Shown here: positions 38,703-50,160 of the stretch, piece after piece | Layout: every line of letters begins with the position of its first letter | Position numbering within the stretch: position 1 is the first letter of the stretch | Origin: Cirrosporium novae-zelandiae | Taxonomy: Eukaryota | Length of the DNA stretch: 64,000 nt | Direction of reading: 5' to 3' | Assembly (NCBI GenBank): GCA_026023565.1 | Contig: JAPETS010000002.1 | Span: forward strand, 1,178,001 to 1,242,000 | Notes under the pieces: generated by a model | Seen by the model: only the letters and a program-made list of their open reading frames with translations | Database searches by the model: none | What the model was told of the DNA's origin: nothing | Program-made: the position numbers and the translations under genes

Positions 38703-41700
38703 TCAGTTACCGGCTCTGCTCATTCCGATTAGACGTTTGACGCCAACCTGTAGATTTCCCTCGTTAGTACGTTTTTCTCGATGGAAAGGATGGTAGAAAG
38801 TATATGATTTATGATAGAAGTGCTTACCATCCAGTGCCCGCATTCCTCTGTCTTGTTCGTCAAAATATCCAAATGGATCCCCATTGCAGCTTCGTGATCT
38901 CTTTGCTGTAGTGCACCAGCCAGCTCAGCCATCTGATCCACGGTATCGGGCTTGAGCAAGTCCTCTCTGTTCAAATGATCAAATAATATATTCAATCTCT
39001 TCTCCGTGTCATTTACTTGCGCCTTGTATGACGCTGGAGCAATGGACTTTACGCGTTGCATTTCGCTATTGAGGATCTCATAAATAGGCATGGCTGAGGG
39101 AGAAATGTGGCTGCGATCTCCGGCGGGATATTTCGGTCCAGCGGGGGCGCGACGCTGTGATTGTGCAGTTCCTGGTCGGGAACCCCCTTGCGAACCTCCT
39201 GATGGGTGAGCTCCGTGCATAGATCCCGACATTGAAGATGTCCTGGCTTGCCTGGGTGGAGAAGATGGTGTGTATGGACTAGCAGCAGGTGGTGCATGTT
39301 GCATGGTATACGGATTTGGAGCAACTGGTTGCCTCGAAGCTCCACCCATGGGTGGCGGCGCATGCATAGGGCCCGGTGGAGGAGGGGTGGGAACAGCTTG
39401 TGACTTTGGGGCTGGAGCATAGCGGCTTGGAGGTGGCGCTGCGGCTGGAGGAGCATTGTAAGGAGATGGGCCTCGAGGAATCATGTGAGAGGTCGCAACG
39501 CTGAGTTGAGGGGAGCTCGTGGCGGGAGGAGCGTAATGATTCGCGGCGGAGGAAGGGCGTTCGATTTGAGCCGCTAATCCGGTTGGTGGAGAAACCATGC
39601 GAGGAGGGCCTTTGGGTGGTGGTGCAACAGGTGGGGTTTGATGGCGGGAGCCAAACATCTGAGGAGGAGGTTGTGTACCTGGGCTGGTAATATTGGGTGC
39701 ATTGGGGAAAGGTGAAGAAACAGTGTCCCGACCCTGAGCTGGAGTTCCCCGACGGGAAGTGGAAGGCTTAACAAAGTCGTCTGGGATATCATTCCAATTG
39801 CCAATCTTTGCTTGCGATGGAGGTGGAACAGCTGGGGATGAATTGAAGCTTCGAGGGGGAGGGGGTGCTACACCCCTACCCTGCGGATATCCCATTTGCG
39901 GGGGTGCTGGCATTCCAGGCTGTCTCATAGATTGAGGTGGTTGATATCCCCTATTGTTTTGGGGAGCATATGGATTTGAGGACTGTGCAGACTGGGAAGT
40001 TTGATTTAGAGCAGAGGGAGCGTAAGGGTTCGTAGGTGCGGGGCTGGCTGTCCTAGCTGTTTGATGCATCGGATTGTAGGAATTTGAGACTCGTGACGAT
40101 CTTGCCATGGATCCCTGCCTAGTGTGTCCTGGTTTTGAGATTGGAGCAGGTTGAGCTTTCTGGACTGGCTTCCTCAGTGCTTGTTGGACTCTGTTCTTTG
40201 CAACATCCCCAGCTGCGTAGTGTTCGGGGATAAGAGTTAGGTATTTTCCGGCGGCAGAAAACATGCCGTGGGTGGCCAAAATATCAGCATATTCAATATA
40301 TTTGTCGTAGAGTCCCGCAAGCTTCCAGTCCGCATTCTCCTGCTTGCCATTGTCTTGGAATTTGGTTACTTCTCGGAACACGGTAACCTTCTCGATCAGA
40401 GCTTGCAATGCTCTTGCATGGATTGAAAATGTAGATGTGCTGCCTACATCCGGATCTGAGGTACTCGATGCTTCCCGTTCCTGGAGTTCCTTGGTCCAAA
40501 TGGCAACAACTTTCTCGAGCTTAGATCCAGCAATATAGCAGAATGAGGCGTCTTTTCGACCATCAGTAGTCTCGAATAACCGATCACCCAAAGTCTCGCA
40601 GAGATCAGGAAATTCTTTGGCATCAGCAAAAGTGCACAAAGTTGCCATAACCTCTTTCCAGTTTGCCAGATCTGTATTGTAAACAACATCCCAGAGATCT
40701 TTACCAACGACTGAAGCCAGCAGACGATGGTAATTCGGACCTTCGGTTTTCGAGAAATATGCATTTTGCGCTTTTTCAATGCATTTTTGTCCTCCACAGA
40801 TGGCAAACATGAAGGCATCAGTCATTCGGTCTTCTTTCAAGCAAATATCAAGAGCTTTCTCAAATTTGCCCATCATAAGGGCCTTTGTGATTTGCTTGTC
40901 CACTTCAGATTCGGAACCATTATAAATGCTGAACGGGTCGTTTCTTTTCGCGGTCTTTGGAAGCTTGTAGTCCGCAGGGAAACTATCATCATGGGTAGAA
41001 TCAAAGAAAGATGATAGCCGATTCTTGACATGACCTTTAACCTTGGGTGCTGCCAGCAAACTAGAACTGCCATTAGTCTCGACACGATCCGCTGATTCGT
41101 CAGAAGCGTCAGGGGTATCAGAAAACCCTAGATATTCTACAAGCCGTTCTCTCGGGTTCTTGGAGATGAGGGTCTCTATCACCTTCCAGTCTTCCTTATC
41201 CTCGTCCGTTTGAGCTAATGCTATCCTTGACTGGCAAATACTGGCAAGATCGCCGCCCTGAACTGCCTTATCAAAGTCAGAGGCAGCTTCACCGATGACA
41301 TTATCGACCTCGAAATGAGTAATATGAATTGTTGACATCCTTTTGGCTCCTGGGGCTGCAGACGAGGGATCGGCGGTTTTGACAGTAACAATCTTTGCAC
41401 CAAATCCAAACGATGCTCCAATTGGCCTTTCAAGCCACTTCGGTGCTTTGGGTAAGGAAAAAGAATCCCCCTGGGGTTGTGTCGCTGATTGGGAGAAAAA
41501 ATCTTCGTCGGCCTGAGCTCTCCCTGGAGTGCCAGGTTGTCCCGAGGTTGGTCCTCCTGTGCTTTGAATAGTCTGAATTCCAATCTTGCCGTCAAACGAA
41601 GCTGTAGCAAGGAAATTCGGATTACGGGGATTCCATTTAGTTTGGAACGTCCAGTTTGTAACAACAGGAAATTCACCATATTGTTCGCCAGTCATGGGAT

Positions 41701-42671
41701 TCCAGCAGATTGTGCGGTTGTCCTTTCCACTGGAGAGAAGGAGCGTAGGATCTTCAGCACACCATGAAAGCGAAAGAACACCAGACTCATGGCCCTTCAA
41801 AACCCTCTCCGGAGCATTGGAATTTCTCAAATCCCATACACATATCAAGGGATCACTATCCAGAGGAATGGCGGTGACCAACCTCGTTGGCATCGACGGA
41901 TCCCAAGCCACAGCACTGACGGGTTTCCGTCCAAGATTATTCAATATCATATTCTCTTTCTTGTCCTTGGAATCCCATACAGTAACAAAACCTCCCTGAC
42001 TACCAGTCGCAAGGATCTTTTGAACTCTTTTATTCCAGTCAAGACATTCAAAATCATCTGCTCTTCCGGTTGGGTGTCCTAACCGCTGAGCACTTTCAAG
42101 ATCGTTGACATCTGATATATAAACCTCGCCTTTGGCACCAGCAGTGGCCAATAATTCGGGCTTAAAAGGATTGAATTGGAGAGCCTTGATAGCACCGCTA
42201 TGTTTTGAGGACCTTGACAGCAGAGCATCACTGAATGACTTGTTAAACGTATCCACCATAGCTTCTAGACTTTCAAGCATACCTCTCTTTATCGAAAAGT
42301 TTATCTGCACTCCATAAGTCTAAGGAGCCGTTTTCTAATGCACCAGCGATTATGCCCCTCGAGGAATCCCCTGGGTGACTACTCCAGGCAATATCATGAA
42401 ACCTATTTCGTATATTCATCAGTATATGACCTTGTTTAACAGTATCAATGGGTTCGAATCACCGTGAGTCGGTATCAATGCTTGCTGCTGGTTGAAGTTC
42501 CATGCCCAGTTGGGCGTTGTCCAGATCCAAGTCCCATATCTCTAATTGAGTTTCATTGGAAAAGTCCGCATCGACAGCACCGGCTACAGTTCCAGTAGCA
42601 ATTAAAGGTAAAGTAGATGCTGGAGACCAGGCAAACGCCGCCGTCCTTGGAATTTCACGGAGGCGCACCAT
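38703..42671 (-). CDS. SEC31: COPII outer coat protein Sec31
   Basis: Exons 42671-42463, 42402-42283, 42230-38828, 38747-38703. [19 protein letters not shown]40 repeats, [17 protein letters not shown], proline-rich region, C-terminal [14 protein letters not shown]...WMVGVKRLI. Confidence 0.97.
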
Positions 42672-43167
42672 GGTGGTTATAGAGGAGGCTTGTTGAGGGG
42701 GGAAATAGTTGTCCTTCTAATTTACAGTCGTGACGCTTGAAACAGATATAGGTGTAGAAAAGAATTCCAAAGACGTAATCGGGCAGCTTAAATAAGTGCT
42801 GCTGAGCCCTCAAAAGGGTAAATAAATTGTCGGGGTATTGTAGCTTTATGGAGCTCAAGAACTTGATGTGGTGGCCTTCTCGAAGTCCAACATGCGACTG
42901 GTCAAAACTTTCGGATACCCTCAATCCCCCCCGTTGCGCAAACCATCCAACTTCAAACTTATCAGCAATACAACCACGACAGAAGAATTGTTCTCTCTAG
43001 ACTTTGGGTCTGAATAATAATATACACTGGAATACTGGAATCTTGATGAAAGAATAATTAACTCCTTGGGGCCACAAAATATCAAGGAAATATCTACACT
43101 GAATCACTGTCTAACTGCTCGTCCGAATATTTTGAGCCACACCCCCAAAAATATATCTCTACACAAA

Positions 43168-43691
43168 ATGAGTGAAGCTGCTCGTCTTAAGGCAACTATT
43201 TACGTTGGGGGTCTTGACAATGCCGTTACTGCTCGAACACTAGCAGATGCTTTTATTCCATTTGGCGAGATTGCAGATATATCTCTTCCAAAACCAGATC
43301 TACCCTCATCCACAGATCCACATCGAGGATTCGGCTACGTTGAGTTTGAACTACCTCAGGATGCAAAAGAAGCCATTGATAATATGGATGGAAGTGAGTT
43401 ATATGGAAGAGTGATTAAGGTTGCAGCAGCCAAACCACAAAAAGAACAGAATGAAGGACTGGGAAGTAAGATAGCTATATGGGAGCAGGTATGTCAAATA
43501 TGATTCATAGTTTGCCTATGCGTAGCTTAACGATACTAATCTGGTTCTAGGAGGGATGGTTAGCAAAACATGCTATTAGCGACCAAGATCGCATGACGGC
43601 TGAGAATGCTCGTCCGGAAACAAATGGTCGGTCTGAGGATCCAATGCAAGGCCTTGAAGGCTTAGACGTTGCCGGACCAAAACCGGAGTGA
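43168..43691 (+). CDS. RRM-only protein homologous to the N-terminal RRM of cyclophilin E (PPIE/Cyp33), ~153 aa
   Basis: Exons 43168-43488 and 43551-43691. RNP2 IYVGGL, AFIPFGEI, RNP1 HRGFGYVEF, AIDNMDGSELYGRVIKV, AIWEQEGWLAKHA. No PPIase domain before the stop. Confidence 0.88.
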
Positions 43692-44091
43692 CAACACTAT
43701 CTTAATATCGCCGTGAAAATGTTAATGAAGCTAGTATTAACGTGAAGAACCACCAACACATTGCCACCATGAACTCTAGTGAGGGGCAATAGGATGTTAA
43801 AGCAGAAGCCTCGGCAGCATCCTAAAGTACCTAGGTAATTACCAGGCGAGAAACCTGATCCGGGCGAATATACAAGAGGCCGGTCATGGAAGCGCAAGAA
43901 TGCTTCTGGATGGCGATTTGCAATTCTTGAAAGACCTAGATTCAGCCAATGTTTGGATTGTATGACACAGTGCTGGTGACAATACAGGTATCTAGGAGGT
44001 AGAATTGATTGACCTAATGAAACTATATTCACAAGTTCTCCTTCCAACAAATTTCACTCGTTTCCTCACACTATCAACGGCCATTTAATAT

Positions 44092-44603
44092 TTAGTAATC
44101 CGCGGAACCCTGCTTCTTGAGGCGGAGGGTCTTATCCGTAACAAGTTTCCTACCCATTGAGTAGAAGGCGAAGCCGACAGCAACACTAATTGAAGGTTCC
44201 TAGTCAGTATAAGAATTAAATCGTAAGGGAGTGGACTATATACCATAGGACAACACCTATAGATAACGATTAACATCAGTAAATCATTGCACGGACATCC
44301 GGAAAATTGGGGCTTACCCAGTGGGATGACTTCAACTGGAATCTTCTTGAGGGTGCGAATTCGTTGAGAGATAGTGTGGGCTATATGGGATGAGTTTCAA
44401 TCGGATTGGTTGATATATAATCTGGAGAATATCCACGAACCACTTTGTTCTTCCTTCTGCAATAATATATCAACATGGGTCTTCCGGTAATCTGAAAGGA
44501 TTGAAGAAAGACTTACCGGAATAGGTTCCCTCAAGGGCCTAGTTGGTCGCATCATCAAAGGACGAGCGGGTTGCATTCTGAGAGCGGCAGTGCGGTAAAA
44601 CAT
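44092..44603 (-). CDS. NDUFA4/COXFA4 (MLRQ/B12D family)-like small mitochondrial membrane protein, ~90 aa
   Basis: Five exons 44603-44517, 44456-44441 (16 nt), 44380-44318, 44256-44244 (13 nt), 44185-44092 give MFYRTAALRMQPARPLMMRPTRPLREPIPKEEQSAHTISQRIRTLKKIPVEVIPLGVVLCVAVGFAFYSMGRKLVTDKTLRLKKQGSADY. The P-E-x-I-P-L, one TM helix and D-x-T-L-R pattern fit the family. Confidence 0.78.
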
Positions 44604-45047
44604 GTTGGCAGCGGAGTGGAGTTGGATTAATGTAGTAAGTTTTTTTTGGGTTGAAGGTCGAGATGGATTGATATACCGGTGGAGTGGAGAGTAATATTTT
44701 GGCAACGTTAAGGTGGACCTTTCAGATGCTTGCTTGACGTGAAGAGCCGTGGGAGCGGAGATGGATTAGGTTGGAGATACAAAGCATGCAAACAGGAAAC
44801 AGGACGGTAGGCAAGGACTTTCTTGGAAGTTGGGAATGATAGCGAATCGTATGAGTGTGAAAGCATTGCTCGGCGGACCCCGGATCTCACAACACCATCC
44901 CTGTTCCAGTAACCTTTGGCTCGCCTGAACCTGAGCACCTCAACTCTTCAACCACCACTGCGCGACGATAATCCTATTACCATCTCCCCTCAATCAAAAG
45001 CAAATTAACTACCCAACATAAATCTCCATTCTTAGTCTACCATCAAA

Positions 45048-45755
45048 ATGTCTGAGGAAGAAGAACGCATAACTAAGCCCTTCAAATTCGTTACTGGTAA
45101 GCAGGCTTATATCCGACTCTTCCAAGAAATCCCGAAAATATAGTATGAGTGGCAAGAAGCTAATTCAAACAACTTATAGCTGGTATGAAATACCCCAACC
45201 CGTTGAATTGTGACCATAATCGACCGCCAATTGATATATCCGAGCTTGGTTATGGATGGATGAGATAGCCTAAGGCTGACGGAACCTTGTTTGATATCTA
45301 GGCGTGGACCCTCGCTTCCCCAACCAGAACCAGTCAGTTACCTACGATCATATATATACAGCTGCTTGAAGGATACTGATGCTAACTGATGTGTTGTGTG
45401 TGAAGGACCAAGCACTGCTGGCAAAACTATGTGGACTACCACAAATGCATTCTAGCCAAGGGAGAGGACTTTGCTCCTTGCCGCCAGGTACACCAACAAC
45501 TTCCCACACCCATATCATTATTTGGCAGCATATTACTTCCCGGATAATATTTGGACCATCAATTAGGAGGTGTTATGGCAAAAGAACCCCAGCTGATACG
45601 TGTTCTAGTTCTATCTTGCCTACCGTTCCCTTTGCCCGAGCTCTTGGGTTGAGCGATGGGATGACCAGAGAGGTTTGTGCATTGCCACTATCTAGATCGC
45701 ACCATACCTAATGTTGGCAGATACTGGAAAATTCCCCGTTCGTCTTGATCAGTAG
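45048..45755 (+). CDS. COX12: Cytochrome c oxidase subunit VIb (Cox12/COX6B), ~87 aa
   Basis: Six exons 45048-45096, 45180-45182, 45302-45332, 45406-45487, 45609-45672, 45721-45755 give ...KFVTAGVDPRFPNQNQTKHCWQNYVDYHKCILAKGEDFAPCRQFYLAYRSLCPSSWVERWDDQRDTGKFP (Cx9C/Cx10C). Missed by the ORF track. Confidence 0.96.
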
Positions 45756-46169
45756 ATCACAATGGGCTACTAATTGTGGGGTGGAGGACTGCGAATGGGC
45801 TGTAGGGTTAGGCTTTGTATATAATCCGCAAAAGGGTAGATTGAACGCAACCCTGCGAATGACAACTTTGGAGCAGGCTTCTTGATGTTGATAAATAAGT
45901 GCCGCCTCGAGTAGATAATGGCCTTTCCAGCCTGTCGGTTGGCGCTAGGGTCTTATTCAGCCTTGACCTTGAAGGTTGACTTTTCAGATGAAGTATTTAT
46001 TTTCCTTGTTATTTTGTAATCGTACAATCTCACTGTTCTCGGGCAGCTGCAGCTGTACAGTGATCTCGCTGCGAGACCCCATATATTCACACATAATAGG
46101 GTAGAGGAAGCCCCACAAAGCCCTACTGAATGCGAATCTTTTCGTCTCTCATTTCAATCTCCATGAGAC

Positions 46170-46954
46170 TCACGCTACCTCTGTACTCTTCTCCAGATTC
46201 CCCTTTGCTATGTCCAGAATCTCCAACTCCCTCTGCTTCCTCAATCTCAACTCCAAACTCAACTTCTTTTCCTTCTCACTCAATTGTCTCTGCTCCTCTA
46301 ATCTCTGTGCATCCCTCTTATCTTCTTCACTGGGTTCGACCTCCGTCGCTTTCGTTACTTGTAATAGGTCGGAGAGGATCTCTTCGGCGTTCCGGCCTTT
46401 CATATTTATCCTTTCTACTCGGTCTCCAGGTTCCAAAGGCAAGGCTCCAGGATCAATTGCGTCCGAAGCTTCCTCTTTGGCCTTTTTCTCTTTTGAAATT
46501 CCCTCTTGCATACTCTTAAACACAACCTCCATAACCGCCGGCCCGGTTTGGTTGCCGTTCCTAGAAATTGTCATCGGGATAGCCGGGTTGTAGTATTTTA
46601 ATCTTGGCAGATATAGGCGCCAGAACTTCCGAGGGCCGAGATGGCCATCGCTAGATTTGAAGGCAAAGGACATGTGTATGCGTTTGACGGAGGGGGTGAA
46701 GGTTGCGGCGCCAGGACCAAGTTTAAGGGCGAGGAGCTGGTGATTGGGATGTCAGCCAAGTTGTCAGGTTAATTGGTACGGACAATAGGGGGAACTACTC
46801 TCTAATAAATTGTTAGTTGGCCATTCTCAATTTATATACTAGGAGAATATGATAGCTTTCGTCTTAGGAAGCTCAACCATTTCTCCATTACAGTCAATTG
46901 CAGTCAATCACATACTGTTTTTAGCGCACGCATGCGCTTATGAACATTCACCAT
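46170..46954 (-). CDS. MRP49: Mitochondrial large ribosomal subunit protein Mrp49/mL61 (L51/S25/CI-B8 domain)
   Basis: Exons 46954-46916 (MVNVHKRMRALKT), probable 3-nt exon 46801-46799, and 46736-46170. Motifs LLALKLGPGAA, GHLGPRKFWRLYLPRLKYYNPAIPM. Confidence 0.85.
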
Positions 46955-47375
46955 GTTGCCCAAAATATTTCCCTTTGATCAAAGGCCTAGAGTGGAGAGA
47001 TCAAGCTAGAGGGATCAATTCAAGAACCTCTTCGGCCTACCTACGAATTTCCAGATGCCCAGACTTTCTTGCGGGATGTTCCTCTAGTAACAGGAGCTAA
47101 GCTATTTGGGGAGTCGGAACAAATTAAGGTAGGGCTGCCGAGTCAAAGCATGCAAACAGTAACCCTAATTTGACATCAGATCAGATAGGTACGTAGTTGT
47201 AGATAATTAGTTGGCTAGTTGCTGTTCGATACCGATATTAATTATAACATTTGTTATTGGGATATCTCGAACCAAGCTCTGCAGCGAGGTTTAAATAATT
47301 CTATTAAATCACACTTGATTCTCCTATACCTAATTCCTTTTTTTCCAAATTTCATATTCACTGATACCTTTTATA

Positions 47376-48370
47376 ATGTCCTCCCCCGCCCCCGCAGACG
47401 AATCCCCCACTCAAAGACAAGCTCGCCTCCGCCGCGAGCGACGTCAGGCCAAACTTCAAGTTGGAGGTGCTGCCCGGCTAGACAAGATCTTAAATACGAG
47501 TGGCCGCGTTGCTGCTGTTGAAAGCAGAACTGCTGAAAATGATGGTACTGGAATCCCTTATTCTACTACCACTTTATATCTACATATACTAACAATCCAA
47601 TAGCCCCATCACCATCACCATCCCCTCAACCCACAACACAAATCCCAGAGCACCATGCCGATCCAGACGAAGTTGACATATCAACTCACCCCCCACCACA
47701 GCCACCACAATTCCAAGGCCCTCTTCCCGACTACGACCCATCGCAAATGGCCCAGCTGCGGCAGATCCTCCGCACATCCACACCCACCTCAGAAACACCA
47801 TCATCCACGTCCCAACAAGAACCCGAAGACCCCATGATGAAAATGTTACAGCAAATGATGGGCGGTGGCGGTGCAGGTGGTCCCGGCGGTCTCCCCGAAG
47901 GCTTCCCTCCGATCTTCCCAGGAATGCCCGACTCACAGCAACAACAACAACAACAAACACCCTCAGGACCCAGCACCTCAGCCTACATCTGGCGAATCAT
48001 CCACTTCCTCTTCGCCGTGAGTTTGGGCCTGTACATCGTCCTATACACATCCTTCAAAGGTCTCTCGCGATACACGCCCACAGCACCAACACACCACTCC
48101 GGCACACAAATATTCGCAATCTTCTCCAGCGCAGAGCTCCTACTCCAGGCGACACGATTCTTCATTGAAAAGTCGACGGGCAGGTCGACGGGTTCGGGGG
48201 GCGGTAGTGGGGTGTTGGGAACGATGTTGGGGTTTTTGCCGGAGCCGTGGAAGAGCGGGGTGGTGTTAGTGAGGAGGTATAAGGGGATTTGGGAGACGGT
48301 TAGTGCGGATGCTATGGTTGTGGTGTGGGTTATGGGGGCTGTGGCTTGGTGGGAGGGAATGGGTGGTTAA
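47376..48370 (+). CDS. GET2: GET complex subunit Get2-like (tail-anchored protein insertase receptor)
   Basis: Exons 47376-47544 and 47604-48370. N-terminal QARLRRERRQAKL..GGAARLDKI (Get2/CAML basic helix), HADPDEVDIS, DPMMKMLQQMMG, three C-terminal TM segments. Confidence 0.82.
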
Positions 48371-48499
48371 CTAGGTGTGGGAATTATTTGTTTGTGTTCA
48401 AGTCGCTAAAAGAATGGGATTATGAGTCGTTGGGATGCATAGTAGAGATGAATTATGATAACGATTTTTTAGATATTTTTGCTCGGTAATATTGGACTG

Positions 48500-50160
48500 A
48501 TAGCTTCTTCTTCTTCTTCTTTCTTTCTTCTCCCCCCCCCCCCCCTACCCACAAGGACCAAGGCCACTATATCCCCTCACCCCACCCCCATTAAATATCT
48601 TCCAACACCTTGATATCAACCCCCTAACTCCACATCCAACATCGCCATCACCATTACCCCCTACCAACTTTCAATCTCCCTTACATCCCCTTTACATCCC
48701 CTATTAGAAACCACCCCCGAAGAATTACGAAAGCAAAATAAAACAAAACAAAATTTATAGCTACAAGTTCTATTTTGAATGCTAGGGGCTAGATCCCAAC
48801 CTTACTGGATGCTTGATTGATACTCGATACTTAATACTCGATGTAGCTATTTTCTAGCATAGTTTTTCTAGATACCTAGGTAGATGCGCGAGGTTTACTT
48901 TACCTTTACTTTTACTCTTACTCTTACTCTTACCGCTATCCCCATCACTATCACTACCCCCACCATTGCTCAAACGAACGGACTCGGACTCGGACTTAGA
49001 TATATGTTTTTTTTATTTTTATTTTTACTAGAGGGTAGGTAGAGTGGGGCGTAGGGGAGTTTTTATTCATGGGTCATGTATTATTAGGTATTAGGTATTA
49101 CCTAGGTACTTAGTTAAAGCCAAAGCCAAACAATCCCATCTTTCCATCTTCTTATCGATTCCAACTTATTTATTCCACTGAATCCGTCCATCTATCTAAC
49201 CTAACATCCCCCTAGCAACTCTCATCCATTCCCTATATCCATATCCCCGCATACCTAAGTACCTAGTCATCCCCACGTCCTACGCCCTACGCCTACTCGT
49301 ACATACCTCCTCCCCCCCCCCTTTTTTTTTTTTCTTTTGTCCCCTCATCAATTTCCTAAAATCTAAAGATTTATAGTAAGTATATGTATTTCTCACCACT
49401 TACTACTCGCTATAGAGTATAGCATTTAAGGATATACAATAACCCCCCCAAAGAAAAATAACAGACGCACAAAAAACTACCGTACTATACTATACTATAT
49501 ATAAAACCACGAGCGTATACAATAACTATCATTTTTTTTTTTTAGTTTAAATGAGGGGGGAGATATGTTATTTGATTTCTTAATTGATTTTTTCTTAATA
49601 GAAAGGTATAATATCTATCTATCTATTTAGGTAGTTAGAGAAACGGGAGAAAGAGGGAGAACTTCCATACCTCTATCCCTACAAGACCTTCTTCTTCTAC
49701 TACTAGCCGGTCTTACTTACCTTGCTTACTTGCTTCTGACCTACCCAAGTCCTCACTAAAAACAAAACCACCCTCACCTTATATCCCCTCTATTCTCCAT
49801 CCCCTCCTCCACCCCATCCTCCATCCCCCCCTTTCTACTCTAATGTAATTGAAGAAAATAAATAAAAATTGGAAGATGTATATTTATCTAGTTATCTACC
49901 TAGGTAGTTGTCGAAAAATAGAGAGGTATTAGGGGTAGGAGGGTAGGGTTATGAGGATGCGAGGATGGTGGATGTGGGAGGGGGGGTCTAGGTAGTTTGG
50001 CTGTTTTGGATGTCTTTCTGTCTGTCTGTTTTTTTTGTCCGTTTAAGCAGGCTAGCCTAAGTTTGGTAGATATGGTTAGGTATGGTAGAAACTTTACCCT
50101 CCATCCACACCATCCCAAAAATAATAATAATAAAAAATAACAACTAGACTATCTACTTTC
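48500..50160. repeat. Low-complexity intergenic region (homopolymers, short tandem repeats, TACCTAGGTA palindromes)
   Basis: (CTT)n ~48504-48520, poly-C ~48532-48545, (TTACTC)n ~48895-48932, (GGACTC)n ~48980-48996, poly-C/poly-T ~49312-49336, (TACTA)n ~49483-49500. Confidence 0.85.
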
